Shown one piece after another: positions 44,469 to 61,399 of a DNA stretch of 64,000 nucleotides. Numbering within the stretch: the stretch's first letter is position 1; each line of letters starts with the position of its first letter. A program made the translations under genes and the position numbers. The stretch is taken from NCBI RefSeq assembly GCF_009914755.1, contig NC_060928.1, one strand, 5' to 3'. This stretch comes from the human T2T-CHM13v2.0 reference genome, Homo sapiens. Below the pieces are notes generated by a model, which saw only the letters and a list, made by a program, of their open reading frames with translations, did no database searches and had not been told where the DNA came from.

Positions 44469-46037
44469 GGTAATTTTCAACAGGGGTGCCAAGACAATTC
44501 AGTGAGGAAAGAGCAGTCTTTTCAACAAATCTTACATGGGCAACTGGATATATACATGCAAAATAATTAAGTTGAATCCCTCCCTTCCACCATACACAAA
44601 AATTAACTCAAAACGTGTCATAGACCTAAATGTAAGAGCTAAACTAATAGTCTTTATGACTCCACGTTAGGCAGAGTCTTCTGTTATAACATCAAAAGCA
44701 CAAGCAACAAAAGACAAAGTAGATCTGTTGGACTTCATTAAAAATTTAAAATTTTTTGTGCTTAAAGGATTCTATCAAGAAAGTGGAAAGGCAACACACA
44801 GATGAGAGAAAATATTTGCAAATCTTATATCTGATAGGAGATTTATATCTAGATTATATAAAGAACTCTTACAAGTCAATAATAAAAAGATATATTCCAT
44901 CTGAGAATCTGAGAATTAAGCAGATTCTGAATACACATTTCTCCAAAGGAGATATAGAAATGACCAACAAACACATGAAAAGATGCTCAACATCATTAGC
45001 CATCAGGGAAACGCACATCAAAACCACAATGAGATACCACTTCACACCCACTCAGATGGCTATGATAAAAATGACAGACAATAACAAGCGCTGATGAGGT
45101 GAGGATGCGTAGAAAGTGAAATCCTTATACATTGCTAGTGGAAATGTAAAATCATGCAGCCACTTTGTAAAACAATCTGGCAGTTCTTCATAATGTTATA
45201 CCTAGAGTTGACCCAGCAATTCTACTCCTAGGTAAATACCCAAAGAAATTTAAAAACTGTTATCATTTATAAGTGGTAGCTAAATGATGAGAACACATGG
45301 ACACATCAGGGAAAACACACACTGGGTCCTGTCGGAGGGTAGAGGGTGAGAGGAGGTACCGGATCAGGAAGAATAGCTAATGGATGCTGGGCTTAATACC
45401 TGGGTGATAAGATGATCTGTGCAGCAAACCACCATGGCACATGTTTACCTATGGACCAAATCTACACATCCTGCACGTGTACCCTTGAACTTAAAATAAA
45501 ATCTGAATTCTTTTTAAATGCATACACACAAAAACTTGTACACAAGTGTTTATAGCAACATTTTTCATAATAACCAAAAAGTAAAAACAACTAAAACGTT
45601 CATTAAACTGTGAATGGATAAGTGAAACATGGCATATACACACAACGGAATGTTACTCAACAATAAAAAGGAATGACACACTGATACCTGCTGCAATATA
45701 GATAAAACTTGAAAACATTATTCTAAGTGAAAAAACCCAATCACAAAGAACACATACTGTATGATTCCATTTATATGAAATGCCCAAAACAGGAAAATCC
45801 ACAGAGACAAAAAAAACAGATTAGTGGTTGCCTAAGGCTAGGAGTTGAGGAAAAATGGAACGTGATAGCTAATGAGTACAGGCTTTCATTTGGGGATGCT
45901 GAAATGTTCTCAACTTTATTGTGGTGATGAATGAATAACTCTGTGAATATATAAAAAGTCACTGAATGGTATGTTTTAAATAGGTGAAATGTATGGTATC
46001 TGAATTATATCTCGATAAACTGTTATTTTAAAAAACA
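44469..46037 (+). mobile_element. 5'-truncated L1MB-like LINE-1
   Basis: TTTTCAACAGGGGTGCCAAGACAATTC...; ORF2 C-terminus [24 protein letters not shown]; terminus GAATTATATCTCGATAAA. Confidence 0.88.
45262..45500 (+). mobile_element. L1PA (PA11/12-like) 3'UTR fragment nested in L1MB
   Basis: GCTAAATGATGAGAACACATGGACAC...GATCAGGAAGAATAGCTAATGGATGCTGGGCTTAATACC...GAACTTAAAATAAAA. Confidence 0.85.
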
Positions 46038-46048
46038 AATAATGATTT

Positions 46049-46985
46049 AGGATCTTTCCCAGATTCAGCTCCAATGATGCATTCCCAGTTTCATAATTTT
46101 TATAAATATTTGAAAGCTTAAATAATTAAGAAACACCAATGTTAGTAATTTACATGGGGAACAAAAACAAGCTGCTAACAGCAACAGTTACCAGCATCAA
46201 CAGTTACCCCAATGCCACTGATGTCCAACACTAGGGAACATCAGCAGACTGAAGGACAGGCCTCTTTGGTAAGCAGCAAGAGTGGTTATATCTTCCTCCA
46301 GTACCTGTGACACAAATTCCTGTTTCTGCGATGTAGCAGGAAAGGAGGAAAATGGCAGAAACCACAGGTAGCCAAGAATTGGTCAATGGAGCACACTGGA
46401 AGCACTTCTCCCAGAATGATTGTGATGGAATTATAGATGTTGTTGGATTCCTTAATAGTGGGTGGAACTACTAATTTGAGACTGTCACTCTAACATTATT
46501 TTAACCGTCACATCACTCTTAAGCCAAACTGCACTGGATCCACACAGCATACAGAGAGGGCAAGTAGGATGAGAATGAGAAGAGACACTTTAGATTCAGA
46601 AATTTCACCATTGCCCCCTCCCGCACCTAGGAAGAAATGGGTGTTTAATGTATTTTGCTCATGACTGCAGTATGCATGTATTTTTTCCTTCTCAGTGTTT
46701 TCTAAACTTGCACTAAAAGGATTCATTAAATCATCTTGTTCAGATGGCTCAGGTATTTCTGTTGCTTACCTTGTGCTGTTGGGTTCTACAGTATTTCTAT
46801 AATAATGTTACAAGAATAGTGCTGCACTGTAATCTATCATATAGAACTACATGAGGGAAAAGTTTTGATCCATTTTTTTTCAAAAAATGTATCTTGTTTG
46901 CAAAGACACAATAAAGTTACATCTTATAGACTATAGGCAATAAAGCTAACAATAAACCTTATTTAACATATACACTCAAAAAAAA
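46049..46985 (+). pseudogene. Putative processed pseudogene or transduced mRNA 3' end; parent gene not recognised
   Basis: Non-repeat-like insert splitting an L2; disrupted Q/P/S/T-rich coding-like 5' part, U-rich 3'UTR-like part, AATAAA at 46910, 46939 and 46951, poly(A) at 46978-46985. Confidence 0.6.
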
Positions 46986-46989
46986 GGAT

Positions 46990-47117
46990 TTGTTAACTAC
47001 AGCAAGAGCACTTTTAAAAGAGTGGTGAGGACACAGCCACCAATTCTGTAGGATGAATATGGGGTAAGTGAGTAGAGGTAACAATTACAGACTGCTTTTC
47101 TCAGCAAGTTTGGCAGT
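46990..47117 (-). mobile_element. L2 continuation
   Basis: GCAAGAGCACTTTTAAAAGAGTGGTGAGG...CAAGTTTGGC matches the L2 segment expected after 44457. Confidence 0.6.
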
Positions 47118-47549
47118 ACCCTCCTCACTACTGTTCAGTCCTCCTATCTAATCTTCATTTTCTTACTGACTTTACAGTAAAGAGGTTGCCAAGTGTTTGG
47201 AGTTTTGTCCCATTCTTTTTTTTTTACTACTATTAAAATCTTTATTTTTTAGAGTACTTTTAAGTTCACAGCAAAATTGAGAGGAAGGTACAGAGATATC
47301 CCATATACTCCCACCCTCACACATGCTGCCCCCATTATCAACATCCCCCACCAGAGTGGTACATTTGTTACAATCAGTGGACCTACATTGACACATCATT
47401 CTTATACAAAGTTTATGGTTTACATTGGGCCCACTCTTGGTGGTGTAGATTCTATGGGAAAAATGTATAATGGCATGCCATCCACCATTACATTATCATA
47501 CAGAGTATTTTTGTTACTCTAAAAATCCTCTGTACTCCACTTATTTATC

Positions 47550-48305
<756 letters not shown>

Positions 48306-48758
48306 TGTCCCTCACTTCCCCTAAATGCTGGCAACCACTGATCTTTCTTAATGTCACCATAGTTTTGCTTTTTCCAGAATGTCATATAATTGGAATTATA
48401 TAATATGCAGCCTTTTCAGATTGGCTTCTTTCACTTAGTAATATGCATTTAAGTTTCCTTCATGTATTTTCAGAACTTTCTAGCTCTTTTTTTAACACTG
48501 AATAATACTCCATTGTCTAGATGTACAATATTTATTTATCCATTCACCTACTGGAGAACATCCTGGTCGCTTTCAAGTTTTGGCAATTATAAACAATGCT
48601 GCTACAAACGTCTGTGTTGACGTTTTATGTAGACATAAGTTTTCAATTCATTTGGGTAAATACCAAGAATGATAGCTGGATTATATCATAAGAGTATGTT
48701 TAGTTTTGTAAGACACTGCCAGACTGTCTTCCAAAGTGGCTGTACCATTTTGCAGTAC

Positions 48759-50633
48759 TGAGAGGTGACAGCGTGCTGGCAGTCCTCAGAGTCCTCGCTT
48801 GCTCTCGGCACCTCCCCTGCCTAGGCTCCCACTTCGGTGGCATTTGAGGAGCCCTTCAGTCCCCCACTGCACTGTGGGAGCTCCTTTCTGGGCTGGCCAA
48901 GGCCGGAGCCCACTCCCTCAGCTTGCAGGGAGGTGTGGAGGGAGAGGCACGAGCAGGAACCGGTGCTGTGTGTGGCACTTGCGGGCCAGCTGGAGTTCCG
49001 GGTGGGCGTGGGCTTGGTGGGCCCTGCACTCGGAGCAGCCAGCCAGCCCTGCTGGCCCCGGGCAATGGGGGACTTAGCACCCAGGCCAGTGGCTGCGGAG
49101 AGTGTACTGAGTCCCCCAGCAGTGCTGGCCCACCGGCGCTGTGCTGGATTTCTCGCCGAGCCTTGGCTGCCTTCCCACGGGGCAGGGCTCGGGACCTGCA
49201 GCCCACCATGCCTGAGCCTCCCACCCACTCCATGGGCTCCTGTGCGGCCCAAGCCTCCCCGACAAGTGCCACCCCCTGCTCCACTGCAGGGGGTCCCAGT
49301 CCCATCGACCACCCAAGGGCTGAGGAATGAGAGCGCACAGCACAGGACTGGCAGGCAGCTCCACCTGCAGCCCTGGTGCGGGATCCACTAGGTGAAGCCA
49401 TCTGGGCTCCTGAGTCTGGTGGGGACGTGGAGAGTCTTTATATCTAGCTCAGGGATTGTAAATACACCAATCAGCACCCTGTGTTTAGCTCAAGGTTTGT
49501 GAGTGCACCAATCGACACTCTGTATCTAGCTGCTCTGGTGAGGACGTGGAGAACCTTTATGTCTAGCTCAAGGATTGTAAATACACCAATCGGCCCTCTG
49601 TATCTAGCTCAAGGTTTGTAAACACACCAGTCAGCACCCTGTGTTTAGCTCAAGGTTTGTGAGTGCACCAATCGACACTCTGTATCTAGCTGCTCTGGTG
49701 AGGACGTGGAGAGTCTTTATGTCTAGCTCAGGGATTGTAAATACACCAATCGGCACTCTGTATCTAGCTCAAGGTTTGTAAACACACCAATCAGCACCCT
49801 GTGTTTAGCTCAAGGTTTGTGAGTGCACCAATCGACACTCTGTATCTAGCTGCTCTGGTGGGGCCTTGGAGAACCTTTATGTCTAGCTCAGGGATTGTAA
49901 ATACACCAATCGGCACTCTGTGTCTAGCTCAAGGTTTGTAAACACACCAATCAGCACCCTGTGTTTAGCTCAAGGTTTGTGAATGCACCAATCGACACTC
50001 TGTATCTAGCTGTTCTGGTGGGGCCTTGGAGAACCTGTGTGTGGAAACTCTGTATCTAACTAATCTGATGGGGATGTGGAGAACCTTTGTATCTAGCTCA
50101 GGGATTGTAAACGCACCAATCAGCGCCCTGACAAAACAGACCACTCGGCTCTACCAATCAGCAGGATGTGGGTGGGGCCAGATAAGAGAATAAAAGCAGG
50201 CTGCCCGAGCCAGCACTGGCAACCCGCTCGGGTCCCCTTCCACACTGTGGAAGCTTTGTTCTTTCACTCTTTGCAATAAATCTTGCTACTGCTCACTCTT
50301 TGGGTCCACACTGCTTTTATGAGCTGTAACACTCACCGCAAAGATCTGCAGCTTCACTCCTGAGCCCAGCAAGACCACGAGCCCACCGGGAGGAACGAAC
50401 AACTCCAGACGCGCTACCTTAAGAGCTGTAACACTCACCGCGAAGGTCTGCAGCTTCACTCCTAAGCCAGCGAGACCACGAACCCACCAGAAGGAAGAAA
50501 CTCCGAACACATCTGAACATCAGAAGGGACAGACTCCAGACGCACCACCTTAAGAGCTGTAACACTCACTGCGAGGGTCCGCGGCTTCATTCTTGAAGTC
50601 AGTGAGACCAAGAACCCACCAATTCCGGACACA
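48759..50633 (+). mobile_element. Solo LTR12C (ERV9 LTR), 1875 bp
   Basis: Starts TGAGAGGTGACAGCGTGCTGGCAG, ends CCAATTCCGGACACA; perfect TSD GTAC at 48755-48758 and 50634-50637; CpG-rich U3 and tandem CCAAT repeats. Confidence 0.95.
49430..50200 (+). promoter_or_regulatory. LTR12C NF-Y (CCAAT) enhancer array and core promoter
   Basis: About a dozen CCAAT boxes in ~40-bp subrepeats, then GC box GGGTGGGG, GATA site AGATAA and TATA-like AATAAAA near 50189; known ERV9 LTR architecture. Confidence 0.7.
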
Positions 50634-51859
50634 GTACCACCAGCAATGAATGATAGTTCCTGTTGCTCCACATCCTTGCCAGCATTTTTTGTTGTCAGTT
50701 TTCTGAATTTTGGCCATTCTAATAGGTTTGTGGCAGTATCTCATGGTTGTTCTAATTTGCATTTCCCTGATGACATATTACGTACAGCATCTTTTCATAT
50801 GCTTGCTTATTTGCCATCTGTGTATCTTCTTCGGTGAGTTTTCAAAATCTTTGGCCCACTTTTTAATCGTGTTGCTTTTTGTTGCGTTTTTAGAGTTCTT
50901 TATATAATTTGGATAACAGTACTTTGTCAGATATGTCTTATGCAAATATTTTTCCCAGTCTGTAGTTTGTCTTTTCATTCTCTTTCACACAGCAGAAATA
51001 TTTAATTTTGATGAAATCCAGTTTATCAGTTCTTTCTTTTATGGACTGTGCCTTTGTTGTCATATCTAAAAAGTCAACATCAAACCCAAGATCATCTGGA
51101 TTTCCTCCTATGTTATCTTCCAGCAGTTTTATAGGTTTGCATTTTCTATTTACATCTATGATCCATTTTGAGTTAATTTTTGTAAAGGATATAAGGTCTG
51201 TGTTGAGATTCTTTTTTTTTCACACAGATGTCCATTTGTTTGTTCTAACACCATTTATTAAAAAGACTATACTTTTCTCCAGATGCCCACTGTTTTCATT
51301 TAAAATCTGTTCACATTATGACTAGAATTTTCAACCGTCATTCTAATTCCATTCAAAAACTGACACACTGTTACAGTCCTCAAAATTAATAGACTAAATA
51401 ACAAACAGGAATAAAGATAAATATTATTTTTAAGACAGACAAATCCTGTGTATTCAAACATTTTGCTTCTCTTTTACTTTCTTCAGTCCCATACTTATGT
51501 ATATGTGTATAATACTCATGTATGTATCACTTCTCCACCTGTTTTGAAGAGCTTTCTACCTTTCTTAGCTCATATTTTTATTCCTTTTCACCATTCCTCT
51601 CTTCTATTTTCTACCCCAATGACAAGCATGGAATATAGTTGCCTTGATTGGCCAAGTTTTATAGATAATCAGTACAGAACTTTGCCTTATTTGGCATTAT
51701 TCAATCTCTCGCTCTAATGAAAAGGACCCCTTAGCTTGAGAACTCTGCCTATATCTCTCCAGTCAGGATTAAGTAATATTCATTTTATCATAACTTCACT
51801 ATTAGATAATTATTCCTCCCATAGGCAATTGTATCTAACAGTAAAGTTATGATAAAAGT

Positions 51860-52230
51860 AATGTGTACTATATAGAATGCTGATTTTCAAAATTCCTTTG
51901 ACAAAGTTCTATACCAAAAGATACATTTATATTAATTTTGAGTAAAGGATGGTGAGGACTGATTGTCATGGATAGGGAACTAAATTAGAGACAAGTAACA
52001 GGAAGACCAAGGGTTACTTTTTATGCTTGGGATAAATACAGAGTAGAAATTATAAACAGGCTCTGCAAGAATAAATCCTGGAATTAGTCTTATGTTATAA
52101 ATGAACCCAAAAGAGTGTACACAAAGGAATTGCTATGATTTCAAATGATACTGAGATACTCTGAAACCTATAAGAATAAGAAGCCAAGTCAAAACGATTT
52201 TAAAGGATGGCACACTTTAAGGTAAAAGTT
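51860..52230 (+). mobile_element. CR1/L3 reverse transcriptase fossil
   Basis: GATTTTCAAAATTCCTTTGACAAAGTT translates DFQNSFDKV (CR1 DF.KAFDKV motif); degenerate FADDT-like TTTCAAATGATACT near 52140. Confidence 0.6.
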
Positions 52231-52914
52231 TTAGTCCCAGAAAAGAACACAGGAGCAAACCCAATATTTCTCTTTATAAAAAAGGACATCACCAGCATTT
52301 TCCTCCAGGGATTGTTTGTGCTTCTCATTGCTTTAACTAACAACAATATTTATAACAAGCTGGAAAAAACTATATTTAAATTAGGGTTCAGATCATTAAA
52401 AACAAAGAAGGAATAAATGGGCATCAGAGCCACAAATCAACATCTTACACATGCATAACCAAAAAAATCCACTGAGCAAAACAAAACAAGCCATCCTCAT
52501 AAACACTGACTCACTAACCTAAGAAAACACAAACACTGGTAAGAAGGAAGACTGAAAATATGAATTCTCATTTTGTCCTTCCTCTCGCCTTAAAATAATT
52601 TGCATGGAAAGAATCAACAAAAGGCCCTCAATCAAAATAAAGTAGACTAAAAAGATGAGTAGTTTTCAAATGGTTAGTTCTATACCAGAGAACTCAATGA
52701 GGAATAATAAAAAAAATTAATAATGAATTTGGACATTTTCATGATTTGAGAGTTAGTCTGAGCAAGAGAATGGGAGTCATTATAAAAGCATTTTTGCTAA
52801 GAATTCAACTTTCTGCAGCAAGCTTGGTGGCCAAGTTTGGTGACATGGCATTAGTATCATAAAATTGTAGAGTACTTGGAAAGCAGTACATTACACTGGA
52901 GATCACTACACTGG

Positions 52915-53149
52915 TTTGGCAGGTCTGGATACTTTTATTAGGAAACATTTCCATTGCAACAGCAAATATGATATTAAAGAGACCAGATCCAATTTTCAGG
53001 ATGTTTATGATCAATATATTGTATGACATTTCCTGTGACAGGAACTTGGGAGCCATGTCTCTGGGTGCAATGCGTATCCTGATATGTGAAATAAAGTATA
53101 CAAACTGTTTCTGCAGGCTGAGTGCCTATCTGTATGCACAGCACCAGCT
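52915..53149 (-). other. Candidate 3'-terminal exon
   Basis: Pyrimidine-rich acceptor ...TTTTACACCTCTACAG|, 57-codon open frame to TAA (52974-52976), AATAAA at 52934-52939. Confidence 0.35.
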
Positions 53150-53699
53150 CTGTAGAGGTGTAAAACAGCAGTGTGGAAGGACAAAGCCAAAAGCTTACTA
53201 GGCCAAATGGTGGTGATAATCACATCAATTCCTCATATTTACTCACTAAATTTCTTCTTAAGGGTGGAAAAAAGAAAGGGAGAAGAGGCAATAAGATACT
53301 GGGTATGTCATGTAATCAATCTATTTTTTCAGAATATCCCTATATACATATACATACACATATTGTGTGTTTGTTTATGTGTGTGTGTGTATCTAGAGAG
53401 AGGAAGAGAAGGAGAGAGAGAGAAAATGCACGAAACAGGCATACCCAACAATTGTACATGAAATATCCATTTTCACATACACATGTCTGTTATGGCCAAG
53501 GAGAGATAGTGAGACACACACTATATGTCTGAAGGCCATCACTAAGTATGCTAGATGGCACATTGTGGAATAAAGATGACCTTATAAATCTAATTAATAA
53601 CAAGTGAAAGTCCTAACATTGCTTAATTGATTTATTTGGTAATAGTAATTATAAAAGAAACCTTGGATATTATAATGGTTTATCATGGAGAAAACTAGT

Positions 53700-55190
<1,491 letters not shown>

Positions 55191-55819
55191 CTTCTGACAA
55201 ATAGAATAAAGGAAAGAAATAAAAAGTCTATTTGAGGCATCTACAACAATCCAATTAGCCTTCCTAATTTTAGAGATTACCATGTGGGTTCATGTCTAAA
55301 CAGAGGCTTAGAGTCTTAACTTCCCAGCACATATACTTCTGCTTAGTAAAGAGATGGAGTCAGTATGTCAAATCTGTGACTTTAAATTCATTTCTAAGCC
55401 AATAGAATATATTGCCTTAAATAGAGGGTTGAATTATGTTGAGGTAAAAGCAGAATGGCAAGGAAGAAAATTCAACCTGGATACAATTCTTTCAGTAAGA
55501 CAAATAGAATAAACGAAAAAAAGAGATTGAACCAGCAAATTGTTTCTCATATGTGGAACAATACTTCTTTGTTTTCCTGAAACTATCTTTATGGTACCTT
55601 GACAGAATAAACTGGTTCCAATTTCTATGAACTAATGAAATAAATAAGTGTGGCTCCAGGAAACATAAAGGAATGAAGCTACTCTATAAAGTGCAAAGTA
55701 AAAGGAAACATTTTTATAAGGAAACATGAATATGCTAAATTTTTCACAATTGCATATGTACAGTTGTATCTCTTTGGAAAGATACAAGTTATTATATTTA
55801 ACTTCTTGTTACTTTTCAG

Positions 55820-56030
55820 TGTAAAGGAAAGAGTTACAGATCAAGGGCTCTCCTCTTCAGCAAAAATACAGTAGACCCTGGATGGTATGACAAGTGATTT
55901 GACAATCTGCATGTCTATGCAGCCTTACAGGCAGAGAATCTATCAGAGTCAGTCAAGATGCTTTGACTTCATTACTTCAGATTTCAGTTCAATATGCTGA
56001 ATCAATAAATACATTTTAAGATACCTGTGA
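55820..56030 (+). other. Candidate 3'-terminal exon
   Basis: Branch-like TTTAAC, acceptor TTCTTGTTACTTTTCAG|, AATAAA at 56004-56009. Confidence 0.3.
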
Positions 56031-56619
56031 GTTTTGGAAATTACATTTTATTGCTCAAAGAGGCAAGTGAATTTTTCACACTTGTTTACTTTGCCTGAAT
56101 TAGATCAGAGTGTATTAGTATCATAGTTACAAATGTTAGTAAGTGGTACTTATACTGCTTGTACATTTTTACCAGAATTTCCTCAAATAGTTGTGTTTAT
56201 AGAATTTGTCAGTTTGGTATATTTGCTTTCCATCCCTCTTCTGCTCCTAGCATGCTGAAAAGATCAAAACCAAGTACTGTTTGCACACAGTTACATTAAT
56301 TCAGTGTTTGTACCATATATAAAGCTGGCCAACACTTTTCTCATCATGCAACCAAATATCTGACCTTGTCAGTGTCAGCCCCAGTGACTAGCATATGGTG
56401 GTGTCTTTCCTTCCTACTTCCTCAGTTCTGGTGGTCACACCCTGACGGTCAAACTTCTGAACTACAAAATCCATGCCATGGTCAAAAGCAGCCTGAGATA
56501 AAGCAGACCCACCTTGTTTAATACAGAATACTTTGAAGATCCCATGGAAAGTGGAGGAGAAGGTAGAGGAGAAAGGGTAACATTTGCTTTTTACCACCAT
56601 CTCTAAGACTTTCAATGAT

Positions 56620-56900
56620 GTTTTATTTTTAGGTAAATATTAGATACAGTGAAATGCTCAAAATCAGCCCAAGAAAGTTCCCAAGGAACCATTCCAGTCA
56701 ATCCCCATACTCCCACAGGCAACCATTGTTCTGATTTCTAATACCGTATGTTAGTTAGTTCTCCCTGTTCATAATCTTCATGTAACTGGGATCATACAGT
56801 ACTAAATCTTTTGTGTTTGACTTCTTTGCTTCAAAACAATGTTTTTAAGCCTCATCCCTGTAGTTGCATCCATAGTTTGTTCTTTTTGTCTATCCTAGTT
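56620..56900 (-). mobile_element. L1ME-like fragment
   Basis: GGCAACCATTGTTCTGATTTCT...GGATCATACAGTA...CTTCTTTGCTTCA. Confidence 0.65.
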
Positions 56901-56929
56901 GACATTCCCCATGTACTTAGTATTCTGCA

Positions 56930-58728
<1,799 letters not shown>

Positions 58729-60806
58729 ATACATACATATATATTGTATGTATATATATTCAGCAGAAATGAACATGATATTTGCTAGTATTTCAAGTAG
58801 CATATATGAGCTTTAAGGGAAGACTCATAGTCTTTCATTCTAGGATTCTCCTACAGGCAACTTTCCCCAGTGTCTGGTTTGCTTCAATAGTGACTTTCTG
58901 TTTATAAATAAAATTCCAAATTGAATGTCAAAAAAATAAAAATTCAAAAATAATTTTTTAAAAAAGGAGGGGTAAAAGGAAGAAGAAATGCTGGAAAAAA
59001 TCAGAGTGGGCAATTCAGGCAAATTGGGAAGGAGAGAATACAGACCATAAGGTCATGAAAAACTGAAGAAGTTTATGAGTGTGGTTCTATATCAAAGTTT
59101 CTAAACTTTCCTAAGAGCTTTGTTGATTTTCTTAATACCATATTCCCACTCTTTCAGAGTACCTGGCCTCTGGGGATCTTCAGATCCCTAATATTTAAAG
59201 GGTATCCCAGTTTTCCCCTCCATGCCCAGTTGCTTTTCTCAAAATTGCTTAAGACAGAAGTCCAAAGGATAAGACAGAACTCAACAGAAACAAAATAGAC
59301 AATAGGAGCATTGCTGGGAGTAGGGAGTATGGTTAGTCTTTGACAAGACAGAATGAAAGATGTTGACAGGCCTATGAGAAGATATAACTGAATGTGTATC
59401 CACATTACACAACAAATTTAAATAGATATACATGTGCCCCAGAGCCTAGGTTAAATATAGAATAAAGAAGAGACCATAACAGCTATATGCAAAAGGGTTG
59501 CTAGTAATGGGGTACCTACATAGATCAAAGGAAGATCAATTATGTGGGGAAGATTAAAATATATACTCACCAATCTCTGCAGCTTGAAACTTTGTGCTTA
59601 AATACAGCTCTACTTTCACCAAATTACAAACTATATCAAATACTATCACAAGTGCATTAGACTCTATCAAGCTTGGTACTAAAATTGTGCACTCTTCCAA
59701 AGTATCAGAGTGGTTATAAAACAGAAAAACTTGCTTTAAATGGGAAGATTAATAACCAATTTAGGTTGCAAACAAGATATAGGCAGAAAAGGTTCTGTAA
59801 CCACAATCAATTTGACACTCTCCAATAATGACATATTAGGAAAAAGGGGCCAGATCTTATGCAGATAAATGCAGGTGCACCACACATGCCAAAACCCAAC
59901 AGGCTGAAAAGTCTTAACTATAGTAATTTAGAGCTATGTTAATATGAAGAGGAAAGTGATTGGACTGGAACAGTGACAGCCCTAAGATTTTTATATACAA
60001 TGGGCTTAAAATAATCCAGAATATTGAAGTGGAGTGTATATAACAAATACTCTGTACTTAGATGATATGTTTATATGAGTTGGCTTGTTGGGCAAGGGCT
60101 AATAGAATTCAGAAGAATTAAAGCCCTTTTCCTAGCACCATTTGATACAACCACAAAACTAAAACTAGTATTAGCAGAATACTGTTATCCAATATATGTA
60201 ATAATTTTTAACTTTTAATCATCAACATTCACTTTCCCTTCTGAATAAAACAAAGATTTCAAGCCTCAAGCCCCAAATACTTATTGGCTACATCACTATG
60301 CTGAGATGGGATGTGGAGGATGCTTACATTATTGAGTATTAAATGGTTCATTGCCTCAATGCTTGAAACTCACATTAAAGCTACAAACAATATGGGCCGA
60401 TCTACACAAGTGGCTAATTATCAAGCCTCTAAGGAAAGAAGTTCCCACTTGGAGCCCCATGATAATGTCTAAGCAACACTATTAGAAATAATACTTTATT
60501 TTGTAATCCCCATGTTTAACAGCAAACACTGTTTTTCTGTGATGTTGTCTGAAACCTATTAACTGCCAATGACACCACCAGGATTAATTTCTCAGTAGCA
60601 CTGTGTTAAGAAACAATTGTATCCAGTGTTTCCCTAACATCTTGTTATTCCATATGACTCAAGGAAGAGCAATAGTAATATATGAAACTTTATAATATAT
60701 GAAATTCAAAGGCCCGCATCATCAGTGGTAGTTGCCAAGGCCCACGTGAGTTAAAGTTTTTGGGACTAGCACTGAATCACAGATACTAAACAGCCCTGAA
60801 GATTGG

Positions 60807-61355
60807 TGTGAGCGCCAGCCCCCAAGATGCCTCCAGTGTACTGACCTCCTGGTAGTCACACCAGTGTGTAGTCCCTACCACATTTAATCATGGCTAGCCT
60901 AAGTAACCAATAGAATACCTACAGAAGTGCAGGTGTAATACTTCCAAATCCAGGTCATAAAAGATATTAGGGTTTCTGCTTTGGCCTCTTTTAGAACACT
61001 AACTCTGCGAGAAGCCAGTGTCCATGTCATGGAAACACTCAAGCAGTCCTATGACAAGACCTTGGTGGGAAGGAATTGAGGTCTCCCACCAACAAACAAA
61101 ACATACTTAAAAGCTGTGTGAGTGAACCACCTCGATAGCAGATTCTTGGGCTCCAGTCAAATCTTCAAATGGCAGCAGCCTGGGCTGGCATCTCAACTGC
61201 TACCTCATGAGAGACATCTGAGCTATAAATACCCAGCTAAACATTCCCAAATTCCTGAAGCGGAGAAATGGTGAGAAAAGGGGAAAAATGCTTATTATCG
61301 TCTTAAGCCATTTTATTTTATAATAATTTGTGACATAGTAATAGATCACTAGTAC
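60807..61355 (+). mobile_element. MLT1F-like LTR
   Basis: AAGATGCCTCC...CCTCCTGGTAGTCACACC...AACCAATAGAATA...TAATTTGTGACATAGTAATAGATCACTAGTACA. Confidence 0.8.
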
Positions 61356-61399
61356 AAGGGGGTTCTATCCTTTTCATTTTGACATCCTAGAGTCTGAGT

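Noticed and set aside
48799-49401. Cluster of overlapping 90-184 aa ORFs and CpG-island-like composition
   Set aside because: All lie in the GC-rich U3 of LTR12C, where stop codons are scarce; not a gene
49430-50160. CRISPR-like regular repeats
   Set aside because: No unique spacers; these are the known LTR12 tandem subrepeats in eukaryotic DNA
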